Source: an uncultured Actinomycetota bacterium (GTDB lineage: Bacteria; Actinomycetota; Actinomycetes; JAHEKZ01). Taken from it: a DNA stretch of 64,000 nucleotides. A program made the translations under genes and the position numbers. The stretch spans positions 608,001-672,000 of the forward strand of contig CAWHIJ010000003.1 in assembly GCA_963829525.1 (NCBI GenBank), given 5' to 3'. Under the pieces are notes generated by a model. The model saw only the letters and a list, made by a program, of their open reading frames with translations. It was not told the origin of the DNA and ran no database searches. Below are positions 49,509-61,261 of this stretch, piece after piece (positions within the stretch are counted from its first letter, which is position 1; every line of letters begins with the position of its first letter).

Positions 49509-51680
49509 TCACGCCTTCTCAGCGCGTCCATAGCGCGCCGCAGTGTGGACGGTGATGCGGTCGAGCATGATCCCGAGCGCCGTGATGGCAATGGCTGCTG
49601 CCAGTCCCTTGCCGTAGAGCTCTCCTTGCGAGAACCCGCTGATCACGAGGAAGCCGAGACTGCCACCGCCGACCAGCGCGCCGATCACCACCATGGATAG
49701 CACAAAGAGCAACCCCTGGTTGGCTGCCAACACCATCGATCCCTTCGACATCGGCAGCTGTACCTTGCTGATCATCTGCCATCGGCTAGATCCGATGGCC
49801 TGTGCTGCCTCGACCGTGGTCGGTGCAACGCTGCGGATTCCGTCAGCGGCGATCTTGATCGAGACGGGAGCCGCGTAGAGCACAGCAGCGGCGATTGCCA
49901 GGAACTTACCCGGCGGGAACAGCAACAGCGCGGGGATGAGGTAGACCAGCGATGGCATGGTCTGCAGCAGGTCGAGAATGGGGCGTAGTGCGGAGTCCAC
50001 TCGGTGGCTGCGGCCCATCCAGGTTCCGATCACGACCCCAAAGATCATGACGGCGGCCGTCGCGACCAGTGTCATCGACAGGGTCACCATCGAGTCTTGC
50101 CACAGGCCGACGGCGAAGATGAGGGAGAGGCACACAGCAGTCGGGAGCAGCGCCTCGGCGGCGCCGAGGTACGCACCCGCGGCGAGGAGCGCCACGACGA
50201 CCAACCAGTAGGGGATCCACGGAATATCGGGCACCTGGGATGCGTAGTAGCCCGCTCCGAGAACTCCGGCGACGCAGAGTGCGCCACCACCGATGACTCG
50301 CGACCGATCAGCTTGGCCAGCTCCCCCGAGCAGCGCAGCAATCGCAAGGACGGCAAGTGCGACCAGCCACCAGGGTGAGTTCGCCATCAGGTCTTCGAGG
50401 GGGTTGAGCACCCAAACGGTGACGGTGTCGTTGACCCAAGTCGTGAAGGAACCAACGGCATCAGTGAATGTCTTCGCCCAGTCATTGACGCGGTCGGCGA
50501 TCTGCTGCCCGAGGTCAGACTTAGGGAAGACCGACCAGCTCAGCTGGCTGTGGGACACGTAGATGCAGACCAGGGTGATGGCGCCGAGCACGCCGAGCAC
50601 GATGCGGCGCTGCTTTTCACTGCTGCCGGACCTGGCAGTCATCTCCGCTCGCTGTCCCGCGCGCACCGCACCGCGGTCGAGCAGAATGGCCAAGATCACC
50701 AGGCACATCCCGGCGACGAATGCGACGCCGATGTTGAGGATGGTGAGAGCTCGCACGATTGGGAGTCCGAGCCCAGGACCGGCGATGAAGGCTGCGATAA
50801 CGGCCATCGAGAGGGCAGCCATGATGGTCTGGTTGAGCCCGACGATGATCGTCCGCCGAGACATCGGCAGCTGTACTTTGGCCAGCAGCTGTTGCGACGT
50901 TGAGCCCATAGATGTGGTGGCCTCCACGGTCGTTGGCGAGACCGTGCCCAACGCGTGTGCGGTGATGCGTACGAGGGGCGGCAACGCGTAGATCGTGGTC
51001 ACCACCACCGCTCCTGCATTGCCGATTCCGAAGAGCAGTGCGAGTGGCGCCAGATAGGCGAAGGACGGCATCGTCTGCATGGCGTCCAACACCGGCGTTA
51101 TGCCGGCCGAGGCTCTCCGGCTACGAAACATCCAGATGGCGAGCGGGATACCGATGAGCACGCAGATGGTGACCGATACGCCGGTAATGACCAGGGTGTC
51201 GATCGAGTCTTCCCAGTAACCCAGGTATCCCACTGCCAACATGGTGAATAGGCTGAAGACTGCGATGCGTATGCCGCTCAAGGCATAGGCAACAAGGACC
51301 ACGAGTGCGACGACACCGACCCAGCCGATCTGGGCGACTTGGAGCGGGCGGTCAGGGTCACTGACGAACACCTGTTGCAGCGTGGTCACCACCCAGTTGA
51401 GCCCGTCGCCGATCCAGATGAAGGGCTTGAGCAACCAGCTGTCGTTGAACTTTGCGTCCTGGATGTTGCCGTAGAGATCCGTCAGCCACTGTTGGAAGCC
51501 GGTGACTTCGGCATTGGGAAGGTCTTGGGTGGCTCGCCCCTGGAGCAGCTTTGCCAGGACCGCCCAGACAATGAGAACGATCCCGAGCGCCATCCAGCGA
51601 CGACGGTTCGTTCTCTCGTCCGGTGGGGGTGGTACCTCCTCGACCGGATGCTCCAGCTCGGCGAGCTCGATGGTCGTCAC
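49509..51680 (-). CDS. proW: Betaine ABC transporter permease, tandem ProW fusion
   Basis: Two copies of P.LD..QTMP, EA...G...Q...KVQLP and LSM.VI. Confidence 0.92.
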   Translation of the reverse strand: MTTIELAELEHPVEEVPPPPDERTNRRRWMALGIVLIVWAVLAKLLQGRATQDLPNAEVTGFQQWLTDLYGNIQDAKFNDSWLLKPFIWIGDGLNWVVTTLQQVFVSDPDRPLQVAQIGWVGVVALVVLVAYALSGIRIAVFSLFTMLAVGYLGYWEDSIDTLVITGVSVTICVLIGIPLAIWMFRSRRASAGITPVLDAMQTMPSFAYLAPLALLFGIGNAGAVVVTTIYALPPLVRITAHALGTVSPTTVEATTSMGSTSQQLLAKVQLPMSRRTIIVGLNQTIMAALSMAVIAAFIAGPGLGLPIVRALTILNIGVAFVAGMCLVILAILLDRGAVRAGQRAEMTARSGSSEKQRRIVLGVLGAITLVCIYVSHSQLSWSVFPKSDLGQQIADRVNDWAKTFTDAVGSFTTWVNDTVTVWVLNPLEDLMANSPWWLVALAVLAIAALLGGAGQADRSRVIGGGALCVAGVLGAGYYASQVPDIPWIPYWLVVVALLAAGAYLGAAEALLPTAVCLSLIFAVGLWQDSMVTLSMTLVATAAVMIFGVVIGTWMGRSHRVDSALRPILDLLQTMPSLVYLIPALLLFPPGKFLAIAAAVLYAAPVSIKIAADGIRSVAPTTVEAAQAIGSSRWQMISKVQLPMSKGSMVLAANQGLLFVLSMVVIGALVGGGSLGFLVISGFSQGELYGKGLAAAIAITALGIMLDRITVHTAARYGRAEKA

Positions 51681-52750
51681 GACGGAGTCTCCTCCGCGAC
51701 GATGACGCGCAGAATGTCGTCCTGGTCGACGACGCCGAGCAGCTGCCCGTTCTCGACCACTTTGACGGGGTCAGCCGAGTCGAGCACGCGCCGGGCGGCG
51801 TCTCGGACGATGGTCCCCGGCGCCATCTCGGGCCCAGTCATGGCTTCGTCGGGACGTGGGGGCCGCATCACCCAGCTCAAGTTCAACACGTGCGAGCGCG
51901 GCACCTCGCTGACAAAGTCACGAACGTATTCGTCAGCCGGTGCACCGACGACCTCGGCCGGCGTCCCCATCTGCACGAGTGCGCCGTCGCGCATGATCAG
52001 TATTCGGTCACCGAGCTTGAGCGCCTCCGCGAGGTCGTGCGTGATGAAGACCATCGTCTTGCCCACCTCGTGGTGCAGCCGGATGACTTCGTTCTGCATA
52101 TCCCGCCGGATCAAGGGGTCGAGAGCGGAGAACGGCTCGTCGAAGAGCAAGACCGAGGGGTCGACCGCGAGTGCCCTGGCCAGGCCGACTCGCTGTTGCA
52201 TTCCACCCGAGAGCTGGTCGGGGTAGGCGTTCTCGTTACCGGAGAGCCCGACGAGGTCGACCATCTCCTGCGCCCGAGTCCGGCGATCGGACTTCGACAC
52301 TCCCCTGACCTCGAGTCCGTAGCCGATGTTGTCGATCACCTTGCGGTGGGGGAGTAGGCCGAAGTGCTGGAAGACCATGGAAACGTGGTGACGGCGGAGT
52401 TCGCGCAGTCGTCCTTCTGACATGGCAACGACGTCTTCGCCATCAATCGTTACGCGGCCGGCGGTCGGCTCGATCAGTCGGGTGAGGCAGCGCACCAGCG
52501 TCGACTTCCCCGAGCCGGACAGCCCCATCACCACGAAGACTTCGCCGGACGCGACGTCGAAGCTCACGTCACGGACGGCCGCAGTGCAGCCGGTCTTCGC
52601 GAGCAGCTCCGATCGCGAGAGATCGGCGTCCGGTGAGCCGACGATCTTGTCGGCCCTCGGACCGAATACCTTCCAGAGGCTCCGAACCGTCAGGGCAGGC
52701 TGGCCGTCAGTGGACGCGGCAGCGCCCCGCTCGTCGATCGTCGCCGTCAT
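51677..52750 (-). CDS. proV: Betaine ABC transporter ATP-binding protein
   Basis: [24 protein letters not shown] and [12 protein letters not shown]. Confidence 0.95.
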   Translation of the reverse strand: MTATIDERGAAASTDGQPALTVRSLWKVFGPRADKIVGSPDADLSRSELLAKTGCTAAVRDVSFDVASGEVFVVMGLSGSGKSTLVRCLTRLIEPTAGRVTIDGEDVVAMSEGRLRELRRHHVSMVFQHFGLLPHRKVIDNIGYGLEVRGVSKSDRRTRAQEMVDLVGLSGNENAYPDQLSGGMQQRVGLARALAVDPSVLLFDEPFSALDPLIRRDMQNEVIRLHHEVGKTMVFITHDLAEALKLGDRILIMRDGALVQMGTPAEVVGAPADEYVRDFVSEVPRSHVLNLSWVMRPPRPDEAMTGPEMAPGTIVRDAARRVLDSADPVKVVENGQLLGVVDQDDILRVIVAEETPS

Positions 52751-54447
52751 GAGGCAGCTCCTTCGTTACGGGGATCGCCTGGTGGATAGAGCGGGGTGCC
52801 CTCGCGGTAGCGGTAGAACGGGGCATCGGACGGTGCGAGCGGTGCGTCACCGTTGATCAGGTCGGCGGCCTTCTCGGCGAGCATCATCACCGGCGCATAG
52901 ATGTTGCCGTTGGTGACGTATGGGAACGAACTTGCGTCAACAACGCGCAGGCCTTCGACGTCGTAGACCTTCATCGACGCCGGATCGAGAACAGCGTCAT
53001 CGCCAACGCCCATCTTGGCGGTGCATGAGGGGTGGAGCGCGGTCTCGGCGTCCTCGCGCACCCACTCGAGAATCTCTTCCTCGGTCTCAACCGATGGTCC
53101 TGGGGAAAGCTCGCCATCGTTGAAAGGGCCGAAGGCGGGCTGGGTGAGAATGCTGCGCGCCACCTGGATCGCTTCGACCCACTCACGTCGATCCTGGTCG
53201 GTGGAGAGGTAGTTGAACTGCATCGACGGGTGCTCCATCGGGTCGGTGGAGCGGATCTTCACCCAGCCGCGCGCATCGGAGTACATCGGACCGATGTGCA
53301 CCTGGTAACCGTGGCCCTTGGTCGGTGAGGTGCCGTCATACCTGATGGCGATCGGTAAGAAGTGGAACATCAAGTTGGGATAGTCGACGTCGTCGTTGCT
53401 ACGGGTGAAGCCGCCGCCCTCGAAGTGGTTGGTGGCACCGAGCCCCTTGCGCTGGAAGAGCCATTGGGCGCCGATGCCTGGCCGCTTCCACCAGGCCAGC
53501 CCTGGCGCAATCGAGACCGGCAGCTTGCTGGCGTACTGGATGTAGACCTCCAGGTGGTCCTGGAGGTTGGCGCCAACGCCGGGAAGGTCGGCGACCACGG
53601 GAATCCCGAGCGACTGGAGATGGCTGGCGTCGCCGACTCCGGACAGCTGCAGGAGCTGAGGTGAGTTGATGGCGCCGCCACAGAGAATGACTTCGCCGGC
53701 CTTCACCGAACGCTTCATGCGTCCGGCACGGACGTACTCGACGCCGACGGCACGCTTACCCTCGAAGACCACCTTGGTGGCGTGAGCGAGAGTTTCAACA
53801 TCGAGGTTCTTACGGCCCATAACCGGGTGCAGATAGGCACGGGCTGCGCTGAGCCTGCGGCCTTTGTGGATGTTGCGGTCGAACCTGGCGAAGCCTTCTT
53901 GCCGGTAGCCGTTCACGTCATCGGTGAGGGGGTAGCCAGCCTGCTGTGCAGCTTCGAAGAAGGCGCCGAAGAGGGGGTTGGTGGCCGGTCCGCGTTCGAG
54001 TACGAGCGGGCCGCTGCCGCCGCGCCATTGGTCAGCACCAGCGAGGCAGGTCTCCATGCGCTTGAAGTAGGGCAGGCAGTGAGCAAAGTCCCAGTTCTCC
54101 ATGCCCTTGTCGGCGCCCCAGCGTTCGTAGTCCATGGGGTTGCCGCGCTGGAAGATCATCCCGTTGATGCTGCTGGAGCCGCCGAGCACCTTGCCGCGGG
54201 CGTGAAAGACACGGCGGTTGTTCATGTACGGCTCGGGGTCGGTCTCGTAACGCCAGTCGTAGAACCGGCTACCGATCGGGAAGGGCAACGCGGCCGGCAT
54301 GTGAATGAAGGGGTCCCAGATGAAGTCAGGGTGGCCCGCCTCGAGCACCAGAACTGAGGTGCCGGGGTCGGCGCTCAGGCGGTTGGCCAGTGCAGATCCG
54401 GCCGACCCACCGCCGACGATGACGATGTCGTAGCGCTCATCGCTCAT
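52747..54447 (-). CDS. betA: Choline dehydrogenase
   Basis: [34 protein letters not shown] and GNIYAP. Confidence 0.95.
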   Translation of the reverse strand: MSDERYDIVIVGGGSAGSALANRLSADPGTSVLVLEAGHPDFIWDPFIHMPAALPFPIGSRFYDWRYETDPEPYMNNRRVFHARGKVLGGSSSINGMIFQRGNPMDYERWGADKGMENWDFAHCLPYFKRMETCLAGADQWRGGSGPLVLERGPATNPLFGAFFEAAQQAGYPLTDDVNGYRQEGFARFDRNIHKGRRLSAARAYLHPVMGRKNLDVETLAHATKVVFEGKRAVGVEYVRAGRMKRSVKAGEVILCGGAINSPQLLQLSGVGDASHLQSLGIPVVADLPGVGANLQDHLEVYIQYASKLPVSIAPGLAWWKRPGIGAQWLFQRKGLGATNHFEGGGFTRSNDDVDYPNLMFHFLPIAIRYDGTSPTKGHGYQVHIGPMYSDARGWVKIRSTDPMEHPSMQFNYLSTDQDRREWVEAIQVARSILTQPAFGPFNDGELSPGPSVETEEEILEWVREDAETALHPSCTAKMGVGDDAVLDPASMKVYDVEGLRVVDASSFPYVTNGNIYAPVMMLAEKAADLINGDAPLAPSDAPFYRYREGTPLYPPGDPRNEGAAS

Positions 54448-54482
54448 CTTGCTGCTCCATCACTCGAAGTCCGTTCTGTCAT

Positions 54483-55952
54483 TCAGCCACTGAACCAGCG
54501 CTGAGGGGCTGGCGCGGTGTTACGCCAGATGTGCTTGGTCTCTTGGTACTCCGCGAGTCCGTGGCGTCCGAGCTCGCGACCGAAGCCGGACTGCTTGTAG
54601 CCGCCCCACTCTGCTTGGGGGACGTACGGGTGGTAGTCGTTGATCCAGACGGTGCCTGCGCGAAGCCCGGCAGCCACGCGGTCGGCCTTTGCGGGGTCAG
54701 AAGTCCAAACGGCGCCCGCCAGGCCGTAGTCGGTGTCGTTGGCCAGACGCAGGGCCTCGGCCTCGTCGGTGAACGTCTCGACAGTCAGCACAGGCCCGAA
54801 CGACTCTTCGCGGACAACCTGCATGTCCGCTGTACAGCGGTCGAACACCGTTGGTGGGTAGTAGTAGCCGCCGGCGAGCTCGGGGGCATCGGGCCGGGCT
54901 CCTCCACAACGAAGCACCGCTCCTTCGGCAATGCCTGCCGCGACGTAGGCCTCCACCTTCGCGCGGTGCCCTTCGGAGGTGAGGGGACCGGTCTCGGCCC
55001 TGGCGTCGAAGGGACCGCCCATGCGGATCGTCGACGCCCGACGAACAAGCTCGTCGACGAAGTCGTCGTGGAGCGACTCCTCGATCAGCAGCCGAGCGCC
55101 CGCCGAGCACACCTGGCCCGAGTGGAGGAACACTGCGGTTAGTGCCATGTCGAGTGCTGCATCACGGTCGGCGTCAGCGAAGACGATGTTCGGGTTCTTG
55201 CCGCCGAGCTCGAGTGAGACCTTCTTCACGGTGGGAGCGGCCGCCGCCATGATGATGCGTCCGGTGACCAGTCCGCCGGTGAAGGAGACCAGGTCTACGT
55301 CGGGGTGAGTCGACAACAGGGCGCCGACGTTAGGCCCTGTGCCGAGCACCAAGTTCGCGACGCCCGGTGGCAATCCGGCGGCATCTAGCTCGCGCATGAG
55401 CAGGATGGCCGTTGACGGCGTCAGCTCACTCGGCTTGAGGACGAAGGTGTTGCCGGCGGCCAACGCTGGAGCAACTTTCCACGAGGTCTGCAGCAATGGG
55501 TAGTTCCACGGCGTGATCAGCCCGCAGACGCCGACCGGTTCGTGAACAATGCGGCTTTCGACATCGGGACGGTCCACTTCGATGGCGCGGGAGTCGAGGT
55601 CGGTGGCGAGCTTGGCGTAATAGCGGAATACCGAGGTGATGTCGTCCATGTCGTACTCGGCCTCGACGAGGCGCTTGCCGGTGTCGAGGGCCTCCGCCCT
55701 CGCGAACTCGGCCCGGTGTCTCTCAAGGGCGTCGGCGACACGGTCTAAAAGGGCACCGCGCTCAGCGGGAGAAGTGGTTGGCCACGGTCCAGTGTCAAAT
55801 GCGGTCCGAGCGGCCGAGATCGCGTCTTCGGTGTCCGCGGCCGTGCCTTCATCAACGGTTGTCACCAGTGAGCCGTCAGCGGGGCAGCGAATCTCTCGCG
55901 TGTTCTGTTCACGCGCGCTGGTCCATGCCCCGCCGATGAAGAAGTCGGGCAC
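54483..55952 (-). CDS. betB: Betaine-aldehyde dehydrogenase
   Basis: PWNYP, FTGG, LELGGK, GQVCSAG, EESFGP and GGYKQSG; directly upstream of betA. Confidence 0.9.
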   Translation of the reverse strand: MPDFFIGGAWTSAREQNTREIRCPADGSLVTTVDEGTAADTEDAISAARTAFDTGPWPTTSPAERGALLDRVADALERHRAEFARAEALDTGKRLVEAEYDMDDITSVFRYYAKLATDLDSRAIEVDRPDVESRIVHEPVGVCGLITPWNYPLLQTSWKVAPALAAGNTFVLKPSELTPSTAILLMRELDAAGLPPGVANLVLGTGPNVGALLSTHPDVDLVSFTGGLVTGRIIMAAAAPTVKKVSLELGGKNPNIVFADADRDAALDMALTAVFLHSGQVCSAGARLLIEESLHDDFVDELVRRASTIRMGGPFDARAETGPLTSEGHRAKVEAYVAAGIAEGAVLRCGGARPDAPELAGGYYYPPTVFDRCTADMQVVREESFGPVLTVETFTDEAEALRLANDTDYGLAGAVWTSDPAKADRVAAGLRAGTVWINDYHPYVPQAEWGGYKQSGFGRELGRHGLAEYQETKHIWRNTAPAPQRWFSG

Positions 55953-56082
55953 GCGGCTCCCCTCGGTTGCGGTGTGACACACCATGCAGGCGGAGCCCCG
56001 TCCCGTCAATAGAACGTTGCGGTGCCGTGACGTTCGTTCCACGCGGTGTCGTCCCGGGAGGAATCGGTCTAATCTCCCCTGC

Positions 56083-56526
56083 ATGACCGATCAGCAGCGT
56101 TCGTTGGCCGTCCAGTACTTCAACCAGACCTGGGATTTGATCGACCAGTCTGGGCGAACACCAGCCGATGACCGCAGGATGCTGGGTCTGGCCATGGCGA
56201 GCCGCGCCCTCTGGGATGACATTGGTGGCAATGAGCAGTGGATCACCGGCGACTGGCAGGTGGCGCACGTTGCCGCGCTCACCGGTCACGCCGACTTGTC
56301 GCTCGATTTTGCTGCGGCCGCCTACGAGCGGGCGTCCCAGGCCGACGTCCCGCTCTGGATGAGGGCGTCAACGTGTGAGGGACTGGCCAGGGCGCATGCG
56401 GCAGCCGGCCACGCCGCAGAGCGCGACGCGTGGGTGCTCAAGGCCCGCGAGCTGCTGGAGCAGGTCGACGACGCCGAGGACCGGTCCTTGATCGAGGGGC
56501 AGCTGGCCACCGTCGACGGAACGTGA
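56083..56526 (+). CDS. Hypothetical alpha-helical (TPR-like) protein
   Basis: AVQYFNQTWDLI, ASR.LW, WQ and EGLARA pattern; stop overlaps the start of the P-type ATPase. Confidence 0.7.
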   Translation: MTDQQRSLAVQYFNQTWDLIDQSGRTPADDRRMLGLAMASRALWDDIGGNEQWITGDWQVAHVAALTGHADLSLDFAAAAYERASQADVPLWMRASTCEGLARAHAAAGHAAERDAWVLKARELLEQVDDAEDRSLIEGQLATVDGT

Positions 56527-59207
56527 CGCTTGCTGGCCCAGGGCTACCGTCCGGGGACGCCCACCACGCTCTGACAGCACACGAGGTGCTGCTCATTCTG
56601 GGGAGCGACCCGGAGAGTGGCCTCGGCGACGCTGAGGCGCGTCGCCGGCTCAACCGGTTCGGGCCCAACCGGCTACCACCTGTCTCCGACGTCGGCTGGG
56701 TCCTCCGCGTGGCCCGCCAGTTCCACAATCCGCTGATCTACGTCCTGGTCGTGGCCGGCTTGGTCACGGCTGCACTTGGCGAGCTCGTCGAGTCGGTGGT
56801 GATCTTCGGCGTCGTTCTGGTCAACGCGACGGTCGGCTTCCTTCAGGAGTCAAGGGCCGAGGCAGCTTTGGATGCCCTCAGCGAGCTGGTCCGTACTAGC
56901 GCCAGGGTCGTGCGGGGCGGCCGCACCATCGTGGTCGACTCGGAGGCCCTGGTGCCCGGGGACGTGGTGCGGATCAAGGCTGGGGACAAGGTTCCCGCGG
57001 ACCTACGACTCACTGGCGAGACCGATGTAGAGGTGGACGAATCCGCCCTTACGGGGGAGTCCGAGCCCGTGGTCAAGGATGAGGTCACCCTCAAGGCCGC
57101 CACCGTCGTCGCTGACCGACGCAACATGCTCTACTCCGGGACGCTGGTGACGCGCGGGATCGGTCTTGGGGTTGTGGTGTCCACAGGCGGGGACACCGAA
57201 CTCGGCCAGATCCACCGTCTGGTTGGCTCGGTGGACCCCCTGGCAACTCCCCTCACTCGACGTCTCGATGAGTTCAGCCGGATCCTCACGATGATCATCC
57301 TGGCGTTGGCTGTGATGACGTTCGGGATCGGAGTGTGGCGAGGCGAGCCTTGGCCAGAGATGTTCACCGCCGCGGTCGCCTTGGCTGTCGGCGCAATTCC
57401 GGAGGGGCTGCCAGCAGCGGTGACGATCACGCTGGCGATCGGTGTGAGACGCATGGCGCGTCGTCAGGCGGTCGTTCGCCGGCTGCCGGCCGTAGAGACT
57501 CTGGGCAGCACAACCGTCATCTGTACCGACAAGACCGGAACGCTCACCGAGAACTCGATGACCGTGGTCGAAGTCTGGACGCCGGAATCTCGCTACTTCG
57601 TCGAAGGCGCGGGATACGCGTCCGAGGGCTCGGTGACACATGGAAGCGGTGATCGTGCCTGCGTGGACGATGACGCCGCCCTCGGGGCGCTGGCTGAGGT
57701 GGGCGTCCTCTGCAGCGACGCGGAGCTCTCGGAAAGCCAACCCCGCCGACCAGTAGGTGACCCCACCGAGGGAGCACTCCTGGTTGTGGCCGAAAAACTC
57801 GACCTTGTTCCCGCTGAGCTGCGGGCAACGTGGATTCGAAGCGACGTGGTCCCGTTCAGTTCCGACGAGCGGTGCATGCAAGTTCAGTGTGGTAACGGGT
57901 CCGCTGAACGCGTCCTGGTGAAGGGAGCTGTCGAACGGGTCCTCAGCCTGAGTAGCCAGCAGTTGACGGCGGACGGCCGTGTCACGGCCTTAGACCCTGA
58001 CGAGATCCTTCGGAAGGCAGAGCAACTCGCTGGGCGAGGCCTTCGCGTGATCGCCGGTGGTACGCGACAGGGTGCACTCGCCGACGAGAGCTCACTTGTG
58101 TTCGTCGGACTCTTCGCGATGCACGATCCGCCTAGGCCGACGGCGAAGACCGCGGTTGGCGCCTGCCGGACCGCTGGGATCGCGGTGAAGATGATCACAG
58201 GTGACCATGTGTCCACGGCGCTTGCCGTCGCTCGCTCGGTCGGTGTCGTTGGTTCGGAGGAGGATGGCCGCGTCCTCGAGGGGGCCGACCTGGCGAAAAT
58301 CCCGAACGATGAACTCGCTGGGCGGATTGAGGAGACCGACGTCTTCGCGCGGGTGTCCCCAGAGCAGAAGCTTCAACTGGTCCGATCCCTGCAGGAGCAC
58401 CATCACGTTGTCGCGATGACCGGCGACGGCGTGAATGACGCGCCAGCACTACGACAAGCCGACATCGGTGTGGCTATGGGGTTCGGCGGTACCGAGGTGG
58501 CCAAAGAGGCAGCCGACATGGTCCTCACCGACGACGACTTCGCGACCATCGAAGCGGCGGTCGAGGAGGGGCGGGGAGTTTTCGACAATCTCACGAAGTT
58601 CATCGTCTGGACCCTGCCGACGAACATGGGCGAGGGGCTTGTGGTTTTGTCGGCCATCCTCATCGGCGCAACGTTGCCCATCCTGCCGGTGCAGATCCTC
58701 TGGATCAACATGACCACTGCCGTTGCGCTAGGACTGATGCTGGCGTTCGAGCCCAAGGAGACCGGAATCATGACCCGGCCTCCGCGAGATTCACACGCCC
58801 CACTTCTAAGTCGGCGGCTCGTCGTGCGGATCCTGCTCGTTTCTGCCCTGCTGGTGGCTGGAACGTGGTGGGTCTTCGAGTGGGAGCTGGCGACTGGAGC
58901 GTCCGAGTCGGTGGCACGAACCGCGGCGGTGAACCTGTTCGTGGTCGTCGAGGCGTTCTACCTCATCAACTGCCGAAGTCTGAACTCCTCGGTCTGGACG
59001 ATCGGATGGTTCAGCAACCGCTGGGTGCTGGGCGGACTCGCCGTGCAGGCCATTGGCCAGCTTGCGTTCACTTACCTGCCGGTGATGAATGGCCTGTTCG
59101 ACTCGGCACCGATCAACGGTGAGACGTGGCTGCGCGTCCTTGTGATCGGCCTCTTGGCCTGGGTGATCGTTACCGTCGACAAGCGCGTCCAGCGTGGTCA
59201 CTTCTGA
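56523..59207 (+). CDS. Cation-transporting P-type ATPase (P2A, CtpF-like)
   Basis: LTGES, IPEGL, DKTGTLT, GDPTE, KGA, GDGVND and ILWIN. Confidence 0.95.
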   Translation: MTLAGPGLPSGDAHHALTAHEVLLILGSDPESGLGDAEARRRLNRFGPNRLPPVSDVGWVLRVARQFHNPLIYVLVVAGLVTAALGELVESVVIFGVVLVNATVGFLQESRAEAALDALSELVRTSARVVRGGRTIVVDSEALVPGDVVRIKAGDKVPADLRLTGETDVEVDESALTGESEPVVKDEVTLKAATVVADRRNMLYSGTLVTRGIGLGVVVSTGGDTELGQIHRLVGSVDPLATPLTRRLDEFSRILTMIILALAVMTFGIGVWRGEPWPEMFTAAVALAVGAIPEGLPAAVTITLAIGVRRMARRQAVVRRLPAVETLGSTTVICTDKTGTLTENSMTVVEVWTPESRYFVEGAGYASEGSVTHGSGDRACVDDDAALGALAEVGVLCSDAELSESQPRRPVGDPTEGALLVVAEKLDLVPAELRATWIRSDVVPFSSDERCMQVQCGNGSAERVLVKGAVERVLSLSSQQLTADGRVTALDPDEILRKAEQLAGRGLRVIAGGTRQGALADESSLVFVGLFAMHDPPRPTAKTAVGACRTAGIAVKMITGDHVSTALAVARSVGVVGSEEDGRVLEGADLAKIPNDELAGRIEETDVFARVSPEQKLQLVRSLQEHHHVVAMTGDGVNDAPALRQADIGVAMGFGGTEVAKEAADMVLTDDDFATIEAAVEEGRGVFDNLTKFIVWTLPTNMGEGLVVLSAILIGATLPILPVQILWINMTTAVALGLMLAFEPKETGIMTRPPRDSHAPLLSRRLVVRILLVSALLVAGTWWVFEWELATGASESVARTAAVNLFVVVEAFYLINCRSLNSSVWTIGWFSNRWVLGGLAVQAIGQLAFTYLPVMNGLFDSAPINGETWLRVLVIGLLAWVIVTVDKRVQRGHF

Positions 59208-59215
59208 GGGTGTGG

Positions 59216-60454
59216 TCAGCGTGCCTCGAGCGCGTCGCGCATGGCGAGCAGCTTTGTCTGCGACTCGGCGAGCTCATCGGCAGGAACCGATCCTTCGACG
59301 ATGCCGCAGCCGGCGTACATGCGCAGCGAGCGCGAGTCGGCGGGGTCGAGCTGGGCGCAGCGTAGGGCGATACCGAATGCACCGTCCCCCCTGGCGTCGA
59401 TCCATCCGACTGGCCCGGCGTACCGACCCCGGTCCATTCCCTCCAGCTCTCGAATCAGCGAACGCGCTCGTCCGGTTGGTGTGCCGCAGACCGCAGCCGT
59501 TGGGTGCAGAGCGGCTGCGAGGTCGAGTGCCGACTCACCGTTGGCCAAACGCCCGGTGATGTCGGTCTGCAGGTGTTGGACGTTAGCGAGGCGAACCACT
59601 TCCGGCGCGCGAGGGACGACGAGGTCGGAGCAGAAAGGCCCGAGCGTTTCCGATACTGAGCGGACCGCTAGCTCGTGCTCGACGCGGTCCTTGTCGGACG
59701 CGAGCAGGAAAGCCGCATGCTGAGCGTCAACGACTGCGTCGCTGCCCCGGGGTGTGGTGCCCGCAAGAACACGCGAGACCACGTGGTCTCCTGTGCGTCG
59801 AACCAAGAGCTCGGGGGTGGCGCCGATCAGCCCGTCCACAGCGAAGGTCCAACAACTGGGGTAGGTGCGCGAGAGCGGAGCAAGGAGAGCGCGCGGATCT
59901 AGCTCGTGCTCGGTGCTGGCGACAAGGTCGCGTGCCAGGACGACCTTGTCGAGACTGCCTTCACCAATGCGGTCAACGGCAGCGGCTACGGCCCTCTCGT
60001 AACTGGACGAGGTGACATAGCCGTCGCTGTAGCGGATCTGGCCTGGCGGGCGTATCGGTGTCTGCGGGGTCAACGTCGCATCGGCATTGCCGACAGTGGT
60101 GACCCACGAGGCGCCGTCGCGGCGTCCAACGATGACGCTGGGGACGATCATCACCGAGTCGCTGGGGCCATCATCGAAAGTGAAGGATCCGAACGCGACT
60201 GGGCCTGTTCCGGGAACGTGGACCTGATCGTCGATGTCCAGCGAGCCGAGCAGTTCGCGCCACCAATAAGACGCACGGGCGAAGCGGTCCGGGCCGGACA
60301 CGGTGAGTCGGGCGGCCTCGCCCCAGGCGGCGAATCCGTCGGTGCCGCGGGTCCAAGCGACGACGCCTTCGTCGGGCAGGTTGTCCAGAAGAGGGCCGGG
60401 GTCGTCGATTGGGATCGAGCGCGCAACGGTACGGGTACGGGCCGTGGTTCTCAC
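59216..60454 (-). CDS. menF: Isochorismate synthase
   Basis: KVVLAR, GATPELL, LAGT, KD..EH, LHPTAAVCG and AGCGIV. The ORF extension past 60454 is antisense to menG. Confidence 0.92.
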   Translation of the reverse strand: MRTTARTRTVARSIPIDDPGPLLDNLPDEGVVAWTRGTDGFAAWGEAARLTVSGPDRFARASYWWRELLGSLDIDDQVHVPGTGPVAFGSFTFDDGPSDSVMIVPSVIVGRRDGASWVTTVGNADATLTPQTPIRPPGQIRYSDGYVTSSSYERAVAAAVDRIGEGSLDKVVLARDLVASTEHELDPRALLAPLSRTYPSCWTFAVDGLIGATPELLVRRTGDHVVSRVLAGTTPRGSDAVVDAQHAAFLLASDKDRVEHELAVRSVSETLGPFCSDLVVPRAPEVVRLANVQHLQTDITGRLANGESALDLAAALHPTAAVCGTPTGRARSLIRELEGMDRGRYAGPVGWIDARGDGAFGIALRCAQLDPADSRSLRMYAGCGIVEGSVPADELAESQTKLLAMRDALEAR

Positions 60455-60556
60455 AAGAGACCAGCCTAGGCCCGGTTCGGTAGGTCGGCCCACTGACTGG
60501 CCGCCCCGAGCTCCCCCCATGGCGCGTGGCGGGCGCGCGGGCGGCAGACTTCTGTT

Positions 60557-61261
60557 GTGACACGCGCCGACCTCGACAAGCAGCCGATCGATGTGGCTCA
60601 CATGTTTGACGATGTTGCGTCCAAGTACGACATCACCAACGATGTGCTGTCGCTGGGTCAGGACCGGCGGTGGCGTCGCGCGGTGGTGGCGGCCGTCGAC
60701 CCGCAGCAGGGGCAGCGGGTACTTGATCTGGCGGCGGGAACCGGGACGTCTTCGTCGCCGTTCCGCGAGCGAGGCGCTTTCGTCGTCCCGTGCGACTTCT
60801 CGCAGGGGATGCTCGCGGTTGGCAAGCAGCGCCGACCCGACCTCGCCTTCGTCGCTGGAGACGGGCTGCAGCTGCCGTTCGCAGACGCCAGCTTCGACGC
60901 AGTGACCATCTCGTTCGGCCTCCGGAACCTGCATGACACAGAAGCCGGGCTTGCTGAGCTGCTGAGGGTGACGCGTCCTGGCGGGCGCATGGTGGTCTGC
61001 GAGTTCAGCCACCCCACCTGGACCCCGTTCCGCACGCTCTACAGCGAGTACCTCATGCGTGCCCTGCCGCCTGTCGCACGAGCTGTGTCCAGCAACCCGG
61101 AGGCCTACGTCTACCTGGCCGAGTCGATCCGGGCCTGGCCGAACCAGGCAGAGCTGGCCGCACTCGTGCAGCGGGCCGGGTGGCGATCGGTCGCATGGCG
61201 CGACCTCTCTGGGGGAATCGTGGCCCTCCACCGCGCCACCGCCCCACAAGGGGCTCAGTAG
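60557..61261 (+). CDS. menG: Demethylmenaquinone methyltransferase
   Basis: [30 protein letters not shown] and YLAESI. Confidence 0.96.
   Translation: MTRADLDKQPIDVAHMFDDVASKYDITNDVLSLGQDRRWRRAVVAAVDPQQGQRVLDLAAGTGTSSSPFRERGAFVVPCDFSQGMLAVGKQRRPDLAFVAGDGLQLPFADASFDAVTISFGLRNLHDTEAGLAELLRVTRPGGRMVVCEFSHPTWTPFRTLYSEYLMRALPPVARAVSSNPEAYVYLAESIRAWPNQAELAALVQRAGWRSVAWRDLSGGIVALHRATAPQGAQ

Noticed and set aside
60455-61249. 677-aa MenF fusion protein
   Set aside because: The extra ~265 aa are mostly the antisense of menG plus the intergenic region; the isochorismate synthase starts near 60454.
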